Assembly: GCA_963784195.1 (NCBI GenBank)
Contig: CAWARA010000031.1
Span: 124,113 to 188,112, forward strand
Source of the DNA: an uncultured Acidobacteriota bacterium
GTDB lineage: Bacteria; Acidobacteriota; Vicinamibacteria; Vicinamibacterales; 2-12-FULL-66-21
DNA: 64,000 bases
Reading direction: 5' to 3'
Below are positions 29,599-39,528 of this stretch, piece by piece. The notes under the pieces were generated by a model. It was not told where the DNA came from, ran no database searches, and saw only the letters and a program-made list of their open reading frames with translations. The first letter of the stretch is position 1. Each line of letters opens with the position of its first letter. The position numbers and the translations under genes are program-made.

Positions 29599-30560
29599 GG
29601 TTTTTCCCGACTCCCGCTCATCTTCGCGAGTGGTTTGCCACGAATCATGAGACGGCGACCGAGTTGTGGGCCGGCTTCTACAAGAAGGAAACGGGCAATC
29701 CGAGCATCACCTGGCCCGAATCAGTGGATGAAGCGCTGTGCTGCGGCTGGATCGATGGAATTCGGAAAAGCCTCGACGAGAGCCGCTACATGATTCGCTT
29801 CACGCCGCGCAAGCCGACGAGCACCTGGAGCGTCATCAACATCAAGCGGGTCGCAGCGCTGCAGCGGGAAGGGCGGATGCTGCCTGCCGGCCTGAAGGCG
29901 TTCGAGGCGCGCCGCGAGAACAAGTCTGGAATCTACTCGTACGAGCAGAAGCTGGTGGACATGCCCGAGCCCTACAGCGGCCGGCTTCAGAAGAACAAGG
30001 CCGCGTGGAAATATTTTCAGGCGCAGTCACCTGCTGTGCGGAGGCGGCTGATCTGGTGGATCGTCAGCGCCAAGCGAGAGGAGACACGCCTGAAGCGGGT
30101 GCAGGAGCTGATGGCCCACGCCGCGAAAAACCGGCCAATTCCGTTGCTGGAGCGCGAGCCGCCAAAGAAGCGGCGGCCTCGCTCAGCGCGCTTTTCGCGC
30201 CCCGTTCTCGCTCAGATTCGCAACGGACTGCTTCTCAGGATCCGGGCGGGAATCGAGCCACATCGCTTCATCGGTATCTGGGCCGTGGTGGTCGACGATC
30301 GAGTGTTTGTCAGGTCGTGGAGCATCAAGCGACGCAGCTGGTATCGCACCTTCCTGACCGATCCCCGCGGCGCGATCCAGATCGGCGATCGAGAGATACC
30401 GGTTCGCGCTCGTCCGGCGACCGGCGAACGCATGCGGGATGCGGTCGATCGCGCGTATCTCGAGAAGTACCACACGAAAGGGTGGGCCAAATACGCACAG
30501 GATCTGGGCCGACCGAAGTCGCGTGCGACGACGACGGAGTTGCGGCCGCGAACGCGCTGA
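29580..30560 (+). CDS. YdeI/OmpD-associated family domain fused in-frame to a DUF2255 domain
   Basis: The N-terminal 190 aa match YdeI-type proteins (WPESVDEALCCGWIDG...). The C-terminus matches DUF2255 (HRFIGIWAVVVDDRVFVRSWS...). This could be a genuine fusion or two genes merged by an indel. Confidence 0.55.
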   Translation: MASEKVRFFPTPAHLREWFATNHETATELWAGFYKKETGNPSITWPESVDEALCCGWIDGIRKSLDESRYMIRFTPRKPTSTWSVINIKRVAALQREGRMLPAGLKAFEARRENKSGIYSYEQKLVDMPEPYSGRLQKNKAAWKYFQAQSPAVRRRLIWWIVSAKREETRLKRVQELMAHAAKNRPIPLLEREPPKKRRPRSARFSRPVLAQIRNGLLLRIRAGIEPHRFIGIWAVVVDDRVFVRSWSIKRRSWYRTFLTDPRGAIQIGDREIPVRARPATGERMRDAVDRAYLEKYHTKGWAKYAQDLGRPKSRATTTELRPRTR

Positions 30561-30630
30561 GCGTGCGAGAGAGGCGTGAGGTGAGTTGATCCTCGTTCGT
30601 CCAAACTGCTACAGTGAGCCCACCTCCCGA

Positions 30631-31171
30631 CATGAGCCTCCTTCCGGCGCTCAACGCGTTCTCGGTTTTTCTCGCGATCGCCGCCGTGGGTTTCCTGTTC
30701 CTGCTGGTATCACTCGTATTCGGCGAGATCTTCGATCACTTCGATGCCGGGATCGATCACGATCTCGGCCACGGCGGCCCGGGATTCTTCAGCAGCCGCG
30801 TGCTCAGCGTCTTCATCACGGCGTTCGGCTGTGTCGGCGCCATCGCCACGCAATACGGTTTCGGCCCGGTACCCTCATCGGCATTCGGTCTGATCAGCGG
30901 CCTCGTGTTCGGCGGCGGTGTCTACGCGTTCGCCAGGTTCCTCTACCAGCAGCAGGCCTCGTCCGACGTGCTGTCGACGGATCTGGTGGGGATATCGGCG
31001 CGCGTCGTGGTCACCATCCCGTCCGGCGGGGTCGGCCAGGTCCGCTGCCGGGTCGGCGAGGAACTGATCGACAAGGTCGCGCGCGCCCGTGACGGCGCGA
31101 CGATTCCCGAGCACACCACCGTGCGCGTCGAGGAGGTCCTCGGCGAGGTCGTCATCGTATCGCGCACATAA
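30631..31171 (+). CDS. NfeD family membrane protein (OB-fold C-terminus)
   Basis: N-terminal TM helices, a C-terminal beta-rich domain, and a position immediately upstream of flotillin. Confidence 0.7.
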
Positions 31172-31184
31172 CGGCGAGGTTGCC

Positions 31185-32816
31185 ATGAACTTCGATCCCG
31201 GTCTCGTAGTCCCGGCGCTGATCCTCGTCACGCTGATCGCTTTCGTCGTCGGCTTCCTGCTGATCAGCCGCAACTATCTGAAAGTGTCGCCGAATACCGT
31301 CGCGGTGCTCAGCGGGCGCCGCCGCAAGCTCGCCGACGGCCGCGTCGTCGGCTACCGCATGGTGCGCGGCGGCGCGGCGCTGCGTATCCCGCTGCTGGAG
31401 AAGGTCGAATACCTGCACCTGAACGTGATGACGATCCCGCTCGAAATCAAGCGGGCGTACACGCTCAAGGGTGTTCCCGTGTCGGTCAAGGCTGTGGCCA
31501 ACGTCAAGATCCGCGGCGACGAGACGTCGCTGCAGGCGTCGGCGGAGCGTTTTCTGGGCATGACGCCGATCGAAGTGCAGAAGGTCATTTTCCAGACACT
31601 GGAAGGGCACCTGCGGTCGATCCTGGGGACGTTGACCGTTGAAGAGGTGAACAGCGATCGTCAGAGCTTCGCGCAGAAGCTGACCAGCGAAGCGGCGGCA
31701 GACCTCGAGAAGATGGGCATCGGCGTCGACGTGCTCACGATTCAGGAGATCAGCGACGAAGAGGAGTACCTCAACGCGCTCGGCAAGCGGCGGACCGCTG
31801 AAGTGAAGCGCGACGCGACGATCGGCGAAGCCGAGGCGCATCGCGACGCGAAGATCAAGTCGGCGCAGGCGCTGCAGGAAGGCGAGAGCGCGAAGTACCT
31901 GGCGGATGCCGAGATCTCGCAGTCGCAACGCGACTTCATGATCCGTCAGGCGCAGTATCAGGCCGAGGTGGAAACGCAGAAGGCGCGGGCGGCGCAGGCG
32001 GGTCCGCTGTCGGAGGCCACCGCGAGACAGGCGGTTGTCGCCGAAGAGGTCAAAGTCGAGAAGACCCGTACCCAGGAGTTGATCTCGGTCCAGGAACAGG
32101 AAGTACTGCGAAAGACCAAAGAGCTCGAAGCGACCGTCATCAGGCCGGCGGAAGCCGATCGACAGGCGGCCGTCGTGCGTGCCGAGGCGGCCAAGCAGTC
32201 GGCCATCCTCGAAGCCGAAGGTCGACGCTCGGCGCTCATCGCCCTCGCAGAGGCCGAACAGGAGAAGCTGCGGAAGGAAGGTGCCGGCCGCGCCGCCGCC
32301 GTGGAGGCGGAGGGCAGGGCGGAAGCCGCGAAGATAGAAGCCATCGGTCTGGCGCAGGCCAAAGCCATCGAAGCGCAGGGCATCGCCGAGGCTGCAGCCA
32401 TCCTGAGGAAAGCGGAAGCCTGGAAGGAGTTCAACGAGTCGGCGCGCCTGCAGACCATCCTGGAGAAGATGCCGGCGATCCTTCAGGCGTCCACGGGGAT
32501 CTTCAGCGCCGTAGCGGCGCCACTCGGCAACATCGACAAGCTGGTGGTCATCGATCAGGGCGACGGCGGGAACGGGGGCAGTGGCGGTCTCGGACGGCTC
32601 GCGAAGACGAGTCCGGCCGTCGTGTTCAATCTGCTGCAACAGCTCGAGGCGCTTGGCCTCAACGTGCCGACGGTCTTGCGGCAGCTCGGTGTGGGTGCTC
32701 GCGACCGAGCCGCCGCCACCATCGCCACCACCACCGGCGCCAGGCGGGCGCGACTAAAAAGCGGTTGGTCCGGCCCTCCGGGCTCGCCGCGCGTCATAGT
32801 GATCGGAGTGCTGTGA
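31185..32816 (+). CDS. Flotillin-like SPFH/band-7 protein
   Basis: N-terminal TM, an SPFH domain, and a long Ala/Glu-rich coiled coil (EAEAHRDAKIKSAQALQEGE...). Confidence 0.85.
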   Translation: MNFDPGLVVPALILVTLIAFVVGFLLISRNYLKVSPNTVAVLSGRRRKLADGRVVGYRMVRGGAALRIPLLEKVEYLHLNVMTIPLEIKRAYTLKGVPVSVKAVANVKIRGDETSLQASAERFLGMTPIEVQKVIFQTLEGHLRSILGTLTVEEVNSDRQSFAQKLTSEAAADLEKMGIGVDVLTIQEISDEEEYLNALGKRRTAEVKRDATIGEAEAHRDAKIKSAQALQEGESAKYLADAEISQSQRDFMIRQAQYQAEVETQKARAAQAGPLSEATARQAVVAEEVKVEKTRTQELISVQEQEVLRKTKELEATVIRPAEADRQAAVVRAEAAKQSAILEAEGRRSALIALAEAEQEKLRKEGAGRAAAVEAEGRAEAAKIEAIGLAQAKAIEAQGIAEAAAILRKAEAWKEFNESARLQTILEKMPAILQASTGIFSAVAAPLGNIDKLVVIDQGDGGNGGSGGLGRLAKTSPAVVFNLLQQLEALGLNVPTVLRQLGVGARDRAAATIATTTGARRARLKSGWSGPPGSPRVIVIGVL

Positions 32817-32881
32817 CGTGCAGCGGCGTGCGCAAATGCTTATGCCTCAGCCATAACCGTCTGAGAACGTAAGAATTACGC

Positions 32882-32910
32882 TTGACTCTTACCCGCGTCC
32901 CGTCTACATT
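32882..32910 (+). promoter_or_regulatory. Putative sigma-70 promoter (TTGACT–17 bp–TACATT) in an unusually AT-rich 220-bp intergenic region
   Basis: TTGACT at 32882-32887 and TACATT at 32905-32910, upstream of the protease gene at 33036. Confidence 0.45.
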
Positions 32911-33035
32911 TTTTACATCCCAGCAACTAGGGTCTGAAAATTTTACCAAGCGAAAAGGCGACCCTCCGTCGAGGGTGCGCAAAGCTGTAAGCTCCGCTCG
33001 CGCGGGGTGGTTTAGCTGCCGAACTTGGAGTTGCT

Positions 33036-33905
33036 ATGTCTACGCGCCGAGCAGTACCCGCATTTCTCGCTTCAGCCTTTGCGCTGTTGTTCTTCGGTCT
33101 CGGTAACTTTCTCGGGGCACGACAGAACGGTAGCGACGAGCAGCTTGCCGCTCTGCGCGCCGAGATCGCGCTGCTGAAGCACCGCCCGCCGGAGCCCGCC
33201 GGCACGGCGGGCAATGGCGCGCGCGCCGGGTCGCTCGACCCGACCAATCGCGCGGCCATCGTGGCAGACGTCAAGCGCCAGCTTGCCGACGAGATGGGCC
33301 TCCTGCCCCTGAATCTTCTCCGCGAGCGCCGCGAGAGCTTCGTCGAACTCTACTCATACGACGACAAAGGCTCGAGCAGCTACGGCACGGCGGGGTATCT
33401 CGGCAACGGCTACTTCATCACGGTGAAGCACGGGGTCGTCGCGCTCGGTCAGGAAGGGCTCGCGAATCCCCGCAAGATCGTCTCCGTCAAGCTGTCTTAC
33501 AAGGGCAGGATGATTCCTGCTCGCGTGGTAGACGCTGGCGATGCGCAGGTGGAAGTGGATCCGGGCGACTGGGCGATCATCAAGGTCAGGGAGACGGTCG
33601 AACTGCCGGCGCTGCACCTGAACCTGGGCTACGGTTTCGATTTCGCCGATCCGATCTTCCGTCTTGGCAACGACTACTCGAAGGGCATCATCCTGTCGAC
33701 GGGCTATGTCGGGCAGAAGACGCCGAACAGCCTGGTCACGTGCCTGACCGACGGACATCCTGGTGTCTCCGGCGGAGGCGTGCTCAACCGCGACGGAGAG
33801 CTCGTCGGGATTCCGATCGGCCGGATGCAGGGAGACTATCGCTTCTCGTTCATCCTGCCGCTGCGGCCCGAGATGTTCCGCCGCATCGACCATCTGAACG
33901 ACTAG
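33036..33905 (+). CDS. Membrane-anchored trypsin-like serine protease (S1 fold, putative)
   Basis: N-terminal TM helix. HG..AL, D, and a GDSGGP-like 'TDGHPGVSGGGVLNRDGELVGI'. Confidence 0.6.
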   Translation: MSTRRAVPAFLASAFALLFFGLGNFLGARQNGSDEQLAALRAEIALLKHRPPEPAGTAGNGARAGSLDPTNRAAIVADVKRQLADEMGLLPLNLLRERRESFVELYSYDDKGSSSYGTAGYLGNGYFITVKHGVVALGQEGLANPRKIVSVKLSYKGRMIPARVVDAGDAQVEVDPGDWAIIKVRETVELPALHLNLGYGFDFADPIFRLGNDYSKGIILSTGYVGQKTPNSLVTCLTDGHPGVSGGGVLNRDGELVGIPIGRMQGDYRFSFILPLRPEMFRRIDHLND

Positions 33906-33939
33906 GTCTCGCCGGAGCGGCTCTGCCGCGAAAGGGACG

Positions 33940-35247
33940 CTACGATCGGCGTTTCCTCAACGCCTCCAGCCGCTTCTTGATCTCGGCCTCACGCCCGCGT
34001 TCGGTCGGCTCGTAAAAGTGCCGGCCGGCGTGTGCGGGTGGCAGGCACTCCATATCACTCACCGCCTCCGGCTCGTCGTGCGCGTAGCGATAGCCCTTCC
34101 CGTAGTCCAGCTGCTTCATCAGACGCGTCGGCGCGTTGCGAAGGTGGAGAGGCACCGGTTCGGCCACCTCCTTTGCCGCCGCCTCGGCAGCCATCGAGTA
34201 CGCGCGATACACCGCATTGCTCTTGGGTGCCATGGCGAGGTAGATCGCAGCCTGGGCGAGTGCCGTATTGCCTTCCGGCATGCCGACGAAATGGACGGCG
34301 TCCTTGGCTGACACCGCGACGGTCAATGCCTGAGGGTCGGCGTTGCCGATGTCTTCGGAAGCGAATCGTACCAGCCGCCTGGCCACGTAGAGCGGATCCT
34401 CACCAGCCTCGAGCATGCGTGCCAGCCAATAGACCGACGCGTCCGGATCGCTGTTGCGCATCGACTTGTGAAGCGCGGAGATCAGGTTGTAGTGCTCCTC
34501 GCCGGTCTTGTCGTACAGCAGCGAGCGGTTCTGCGCGAGGTCCGCGATCATCGCAGCGCTGACGCGCTTCGTGTCGGTCGCGGCCGCCATCTCGAGCAGA
34601 TTCAGCGCGACCCGCGCGTCGCCGTTCGCATACTTCACCATCGCTGTCAAAGCGTCCGGTTCGACCGACAGGTGCATCGCGCCCAGCCCTCGCTCGACAT
34701 CTTCGAGTGCTCTGGTCAGGATTCGCGCCACCGCCTCGGCGCTGAGAGGCTGGAGAACGTAGACCTTCGATCGCGACAGGAGCGCGGAGTTGACCTCGAA
34801 CGACGGGTTCTCCGTCGTGGCTCCGATCAGGACGATATCGCCCGCTTCGACGCGTGGCAGGAACGCATCCTGCTGTGCCTTGTTGAATCGATGGATTTCG
34901 TCGACAAAGAGAATCGTTCGCGTTCCACGCCGCCGCCGCGACTCTTCCGCCTCGGCCATCACGGCACGGATCTCTTTGATGCCGGACATCACCGCACTGA
35001 ACGACGTGAACTGCGCGCGCGTGATCCTGGCGATCAGGCGCGCGAGCGTCGTCTTGCCGGTCCCGGGTGGACCCCACAGAATGATCGACTGCAGGCGATC
35101 GTGCTCGATGGCCTGACGAAGGGGCCTGCCTGGCCCGAGCAGCGCTTCCTGCCCCACGAACTCGTCCAGCGTGCGGGGCCGCATCAGTTCCGCCAGCGGC
35201 GCCGACTGCGGCGCGGTGTCAGTCTCGGGTTCATCGAACAGCGACAT
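33940..35247 (-). CDS. rarA: Replication-associated recombination protein A (AAA+ ATPase)
   Basis: GPPGTGKTTLA, Walker B VDEIHRFNK, and the MgsA C-terminal domain. Confidence 0.9.
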   Translation of the reverse strand: MSLFDEPETDTAPQSAPLAELMRPRTLDEFVGQEALLGPGRPLRQAIEHDRLQSIILWGPPGTGKTTLARLIARITRAQFTSFSAVMSGIKEIRAVMAEAEESRRRRGTRTILFVDEIHRFNKAQQDAFLPRVEAGDIVLIGATTENPSFEVNSALLSRSKVYVLQPLSAEAVARILTRALEDVERGLGAMHLSVEPDALTAMVKYANGDARVALNLLEMAAATDTKRVSAAMIADLAQNRSLLYDKTGEEHYNLISALHKSMRNSDPDASVYWLARMLEAGEDPLYVARRLVRFASEDIGNADPQALTVAVSAKDAVHFVGMPEGNTALAQAAIYLAMAPKSNAVYRAYSMAAEAAAKEVAEPVPLHLRNAPTRLMKQLDYGKGYRYAHDEPEAVSDMECLPPAHAGRHFYEPTERGREAEIKKRLEALRKRRS

Positions 35248-35250
35248 ACG

Positions 35251-36072
35251 TCAGGTTCCAGCTTTCATCGTCCGCATTCCCGCTTCCGCGCGTTGACGTG
35301 CCGCCTCGTAAACGATCAGCGCCGCTGCGGTGGCCACGTTGAGCGACTCGACCGGTGGCTGCATGGGCACGGCGAGACGCTCGTCCGCCGCTGCGACGAC
35401 TGCCTCGTCGAGCCCGGAGCCTTCGCCACCCAGGACGATCGCCGACGGTCCGATCAGTCCGGCCAGCGGCAGCGGTGTGCCGTCACGCGGCACCGTTGCA
35501 AACACCCGCAGCCCGGCCCCCTTCGCGGCCCGGATTGCGTCGAGCGCCGAGGCCGGTCTCGCGATCGGCATTCGAAACGCGCTGCCCATCGATCCGCGCA
35601 GCGCTTTCCAGCCGAACGCGCCCGCGGATCCGGGCGTTGTCATCACACCGGTCGCGCCACACGCCTCAGCAGCCCTGACGATCGCGCCGACATTGCCGGG
35701 ATCCTGCACCGCGTCGATGATCACGACGAGTTGCGGCGCCCTGGCGAGCACTCGGTCGACGGCAACAGGACCGCACCGCGCGATCGCGACGATACCAGCA
35801 GGCTCTCGAACCGGGCTGATCGCGGAGAGCACTGCCTTCGAGACCGCTACCGCGCGCACACCGGACGTCGATGCGCGCCGCACGATCGCTTCCAGCTCAG
35901 CATCGGCCGCGCCGTCCGCGAACGCCACCACCTCGAGCGCAACGCCCGCATTGAGCGCTTCGGTCACGAGATGCGGACCGTCAACGAGCACCGCATCGTC
36001 ACCTTCACCCCCGCGCGTGACGTCACGGAAGCGCTTGACGAGTGGATTCTGACGACTCGAGATCCGCTCCAC
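35251..36072 (-). CDS. TrmH/SpoU family RNA 2'-O-methyltransferase
   Basis: SPOUT motifs (IIDAVQDPGNVGAIVRAAEACGA, VLGGEGSGL, ESLNVATAAALIVYE). Confidence 0.8.
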   Translation of the reverse strand: MERISSRQNPLVKRFRDVTRGGEGDDAVLVDGPHLVTEALNAGVALEVVAFADGAADAELEAIVRRASTSGVRAVAVSKAVLSAISPVREPAGIVAIARCGPVAVDRVLARAPQLVVIIDAVQDPGNVGAIVRAAEACGATGVMTTPGSAGAFGWKALRGSMGSAFRMPIARPASALDAIRAAKGAGLRVFATVPRDGTPLPLAGLIGPSAIVLGGEGSGLDEAVVAAADERLAVPMQPPVESLNVATAAALIVYEAARQRAEAGMRTMKAGT

Positions 36073-36343
36073 GGATTGTATTGTACAAGCGGCGTTCTGT
36101 CAGCTTTACTTAATGCGCGCGGGGCCCTCCGCCTCCGCGCGCCACCGATCCATGGCGCGCTACGGCGAGACCTCGCCGTAGCTGGTCGCAGAGTCACACG
36201 CGACCTGCGAAGGCGGGCACCCCCGCGCGCTTTTACGCGCTTCGCGCGACGGCCTTTGGCCTTGCCGCCTCCGCGTGCTTCATGCGCGGAGGCGGCCTAT
36301 CGTCACTGATTGGGCCCACGGGGCTTCAATAACTGCTACCATC

Positions 36344-36814
36344 ATGCCGATGAAAGGGCGGATTCTCAAGAAGTTCGAAGACGAGATTCATCAACTCGAG
36401 CGCGAGTTGAAGACGGAGTTGCCGAAGGAGATCAAGCGCGCTCGCGAGCTGGGCGACCTGCGCGAGAACGCTGAATACCATGCGGCGAAAGAGCGTCAGC
36501 GGCTGGTGGAGTCGCGCATCAGTCTGCTCAAGAAACGGGTCAGCGAGATCTCGCTGATGAATCTCGACAAGCTGCCTCACGGCCGCGTGGGGTTCGGTTC
36601 GACCGTGCATCTGAAGGATGCCGGTGGTCAGACGATTACGTATCAACTCGTCATGCCGGAAGATGCGGACGTGGACCAGGGCCTGATCTCGACCGCCTCG
36701 CCGATCGGCCGGGCGCTCCTCAACAAAGAGGAAGGCGACGAGGTCACGGTCACGACGCCGAACGGCAGCAAGCGGTTCGAAGTCGTCAAGCTGGCCACTA
36801 TCCATGACGAGTGA
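36344..36814 (+). CDS. greA: Transcription elongation factor GreA
   Basis: Coiled-coil N-terminus (LRENAEYHAAKERQ) and a C-terminal FKBP-like domain. Confidence 0.85.
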   Translation: MPMKGRILKKFEDEIHQLERELKTELPKEIKRARELGDLRENAEYHAAKERQRLVESRISLLKKRVSEISLMNLDKLPHGRVGFGSTVHLKDAGGQTITYQLVMPEDADVDQGLISTASPIGRALLNKEEGDEVTVTTPNGSKRFEVVKLATIHDE

Positions 36815-38259
36815 CGACGTGTGAAGACACGGGCGTGATCACCCCCGATTCTCCCGATCGACGGTACTCCACGCGGCTCCGCACCGCGCTCGTCCTCACA
36901 GGCACCGGAACCGGTGGCGCCTACCACGCCGGTGTGCTCAGAGCGCTCCACGAGGCCGGCATCCGCATCGATCTCGTCGCTGGCCGTGGCATTGGCGCGG
37001 TCGGCGCGTTCTTCGCGGCCGTCGATGGCGGGGCGCGTCTGTGGGAAGAGACTGGTGTCTGGCGCGCGCCGTCGGCGGTTTCGTTCTACGGCTGGCGGAA
37101 GCCGCTGCGTGTGGCGTCGTGGGCAGGTGCCGCCGCGCTCGCCATCCTCGCGATTCCCCTAGCCATCCTGGTCGTTGCGGTTCTGGTGGCCGTCCTTGGA
37201 ATGTTGCTGACGCTGATCGGTCTCGAGAGTGCCGGCGGCGCGGTGACGGGCGCCATCGGACGCTGGATCGCCTGGCTGTTTGCCCCAGGCAGCTTGCCAA
37301 CGGTCATTCCGCGTCTGGCACTGCTGGCGTTGTTGATTGCTGCCGTCGTGGCACTTGCCGGGGCGTTTCCTCTGCGCCGCGATCGCGGCAAGCGTCGCGC
37401 TCAGCACGGCCTGGCGGGACGCGTGCTCGGTGCGCCGTTCTCGCCGCACACTTTGATCGACCGGTGTTCGGCGGAGTTGTGGAACCTGATTCGAGGCGCG
37501 GCACCGCTCGCGTCGCCGCCGGCCGACGAACTGGGCCGTCGCTATCTCGAACTCCTGGCCGAGAACCTGGGGCAGCCGGGCTTCCGCGAGTTGCTCCTGA
37601 CGGTCCACGACGTGGACGCGCGGCGCGATCTGATCTTTGGCCTCCTCGGCACGAGTTACCGCGGACGGTTCTTCAGCCGGCCCGGTGTTGAAGCCAACGC
37701 CACCAGGAGCGTGGAGGCGTTCGATCTGATGGGTGCCGCGCGCGATCACGCGCTCGACGCGCTCAACGCTGCCGTCGCCGTGCCCGCCGCCTGCGAGTCA
37801 CACCTCATCACCTTTGCCCCCGAAGGACCGTGGCGCGGTGAAACACACCGTGTGTGCGACCGCCCCGGCGCGCTGCAGCGCTTGATTGAAGAAGTCGCCG
37901 CGGCTGGGGCAGAGCAGATCGTCATCGTGGCCGCATCGCCACTCCCGGGCCGTCCGCACGAACTGAGCGCCGGGCGCGCTGACGTTCGCGGCCGCGCCGC
38001 GGAGCCGCTCGCTGCCTTCGAGGCCGCCGCCCTCCGCGACGTCGTCGAACACGCCGCCGGACGATTCGCCGGGCTCTTCATGATTCGGCCGGTGCACAAT
38101 CCGGTCGGTCCGCTCGACTTCGCCGGCATCTATGACGAGCGATCGGACCGTATCCACACGATCGCGGAGCTCGTCGATCGCGGATACGAGGATGCCTACC
38201 GCCAATTCATCGAGCCGGTCGTGGCAGCGACCGGAGACCGCATCGAAACGGTCCAATAG
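36811..38259 (+). CDS. Patatin-like phospholipase domain membrane protein, with the catalytic Ser apparently replaced
   Basis: Patatin oxyanion motif GTGTGGAYHAGVL. The nucleophile elbow reads AGRGIGA instead of GxSxG. There is a central TM region. Confidence 0.65.
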   Translation: MTTCEDTGVITPDSPDRRYSTRLRTALVLTGTGTGGAYHAGVLRALHEAGIRIDLVAGRGIGAVGAFFAAVDGGARLWEETGVWRAPSAVSFYGWRKPLRVASWAGAAALAILAIPLAILVVAVLVAVLGMLLTLIGLESAGGAVTGAIGRWIAWLFAPGSLPTVIPRLALLALLIAAVVALAGAFPLRRDRGKRRAQHGLAGRVLGAPFSPHTLIDRCSAELWNLIRGAAPLASPPADELGRRYLELLAENLGQPGFRELLLTVHDVDARRDLIFGLLGTSYRGRFFSRPGVEANATRSVEAFDLMGAARDHALDALNAAVAVPAACESHLITFAPEGPWRGETHRVCDRPGALQRLIEEVAAAGAEQIVIVAASPLPGRPHELSAGRADVRGRAAEPLAAFEAAALRDVVEHAAGRFAGLFMIRPVHNPVGPLDFAGIYDERSDRIHTIAELVDRGYEDAYRQFIEPVVAATGDRIETVQ

Positions 38260-38363
38260 ATGGTTGGGTGTCCTGTTGGCATCCGGGTTCTGACACCGTT
38301 GGCGTGACTTCGGGTCGGCGAGCGCGATCTGCCGAACCACGAACATTCGCGATCGGTATATTT

Positions 38364-39528
38364 ATGAAACCAGCCACGGAATTGATCCACCGACCCGGAC
38401 GATGTCGCGGTCAAGGCCGCTGCGCCTCTGACGTCGCCGATCTACGAGACGACGACGTTCCTCTTCGAGAGTGCGGAAGAGGTCCGGGACTACAACGAGG
38501 GGCGATCGGAGAAGTTTCTCTATTCCCGCTACTCGAACCCGACCGTCGTGGAGGTCGAGCGGACGATTGCCGCGCTCGAGGCGGCAGAGGCGGCGCTCGT
38601 GCTGTCCAGCGGTCAGGCTGCCACCGCCACCGCGCTCCTCGCGCTGACGAAGGCTGGCGACGAGGTCGTGTGCAGCTCCGCGATCTACGGCGGCACGCTT
38701 CACCTGCTCAACGATCTGCTGGCCCGATTCGGTATTCGCGCGCGGTTCGTGTCGATCGACGAGCTGCGTCGTCCGGAGTCGGTGCTGACGGACGCCACAA
38801 AGGTCCTGTGGTTCGAATCGCCCATCAATCCGACGTTGCGCTGCGTGGATATTGCGGCGATAGCCAGCGCCTGCCGCGCTCGGGGCGTGACGTCAGTCAT
38901 CGACAACACGTTTGCGAGTCCGATGAACCAGCAGCCGGTCACCATGGGCATCGACGTCGTGATGCACAGCGCGACCAAGTATCTCAACGGTCACAGCGAC
39001 GTGACCGCCGGCGTGCTCGCTGGCCGGGCGGCGCTGATCGCGGAGGTGCTCAAAGCCCGCAAGCTGATTGGAACGGTTCTCGACCCGTCGGCGGCGTATT
39101 CCCTGGGCCGCGGCGTGAAGACGTTGTCCGTTCGCATGGAGCGACACAATGCGAACGCCCTCGCCGTTGCGAAATGGCTCGACCGTGACGACCGTGTGGA
39201 GACTGTCTACTATCCCGGTCTCGAATCGCATCCGGATCATGCGATTGCCAGGCGGCAGATGCGCGGCTTCGGGGGCATGGTCTGTATCGATCTCGGCGGC
39301 GACTACTCGCGCGCGGCCCGGTTCTTCGATCGGTTGCAGGTCTTCCGGCGCGCGGCGAGCCTTGGCGGCGTCGAGAGCCTGTGCAGCCTCCCGGTGCTGA
39401 CGTCACAGTGGGGGCATTCGGACGACGAGCTTCGCCGCGCTGGTGTGACTCGCGGCATGGCCAGGCTGTCGGTGGGTCTCGAAGATCCGGAGGACCTGAT
39501 CGCCGATCTGGATCAGGCGCTGGGCTAG
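38364..39528 (+). pseudogene. Cys/Met-metabolism PLP-dependent enzyme (cystathionine gamma-synthase/lyase family) with an apparent +1 frameshift at about 38390
   Basis: ATG 38364 gives MKPATELIHRP in frame 0. The conserved body is in frame 1 ('DDVAVKAAAPLTSPIYETTTFLF...', PLP-Lys motif SATKYLNGHSD). Confidence 0.7.

Noticed and set aside
34468-36309. 613-aa plus-strand ORF across rarA/trmH
   Set aside because: Antisense to two well-supported minus-strand genes, with a His/Arg/Asp-rich nonsense translation.
38810-38825. T-loop-like 'GGTTCGAATCG' suggesting a tRNA
   Set aside because: It is embedded in the conserved PLP-enzyme coding frame and no acceptor or anticodon stems can be drawn.
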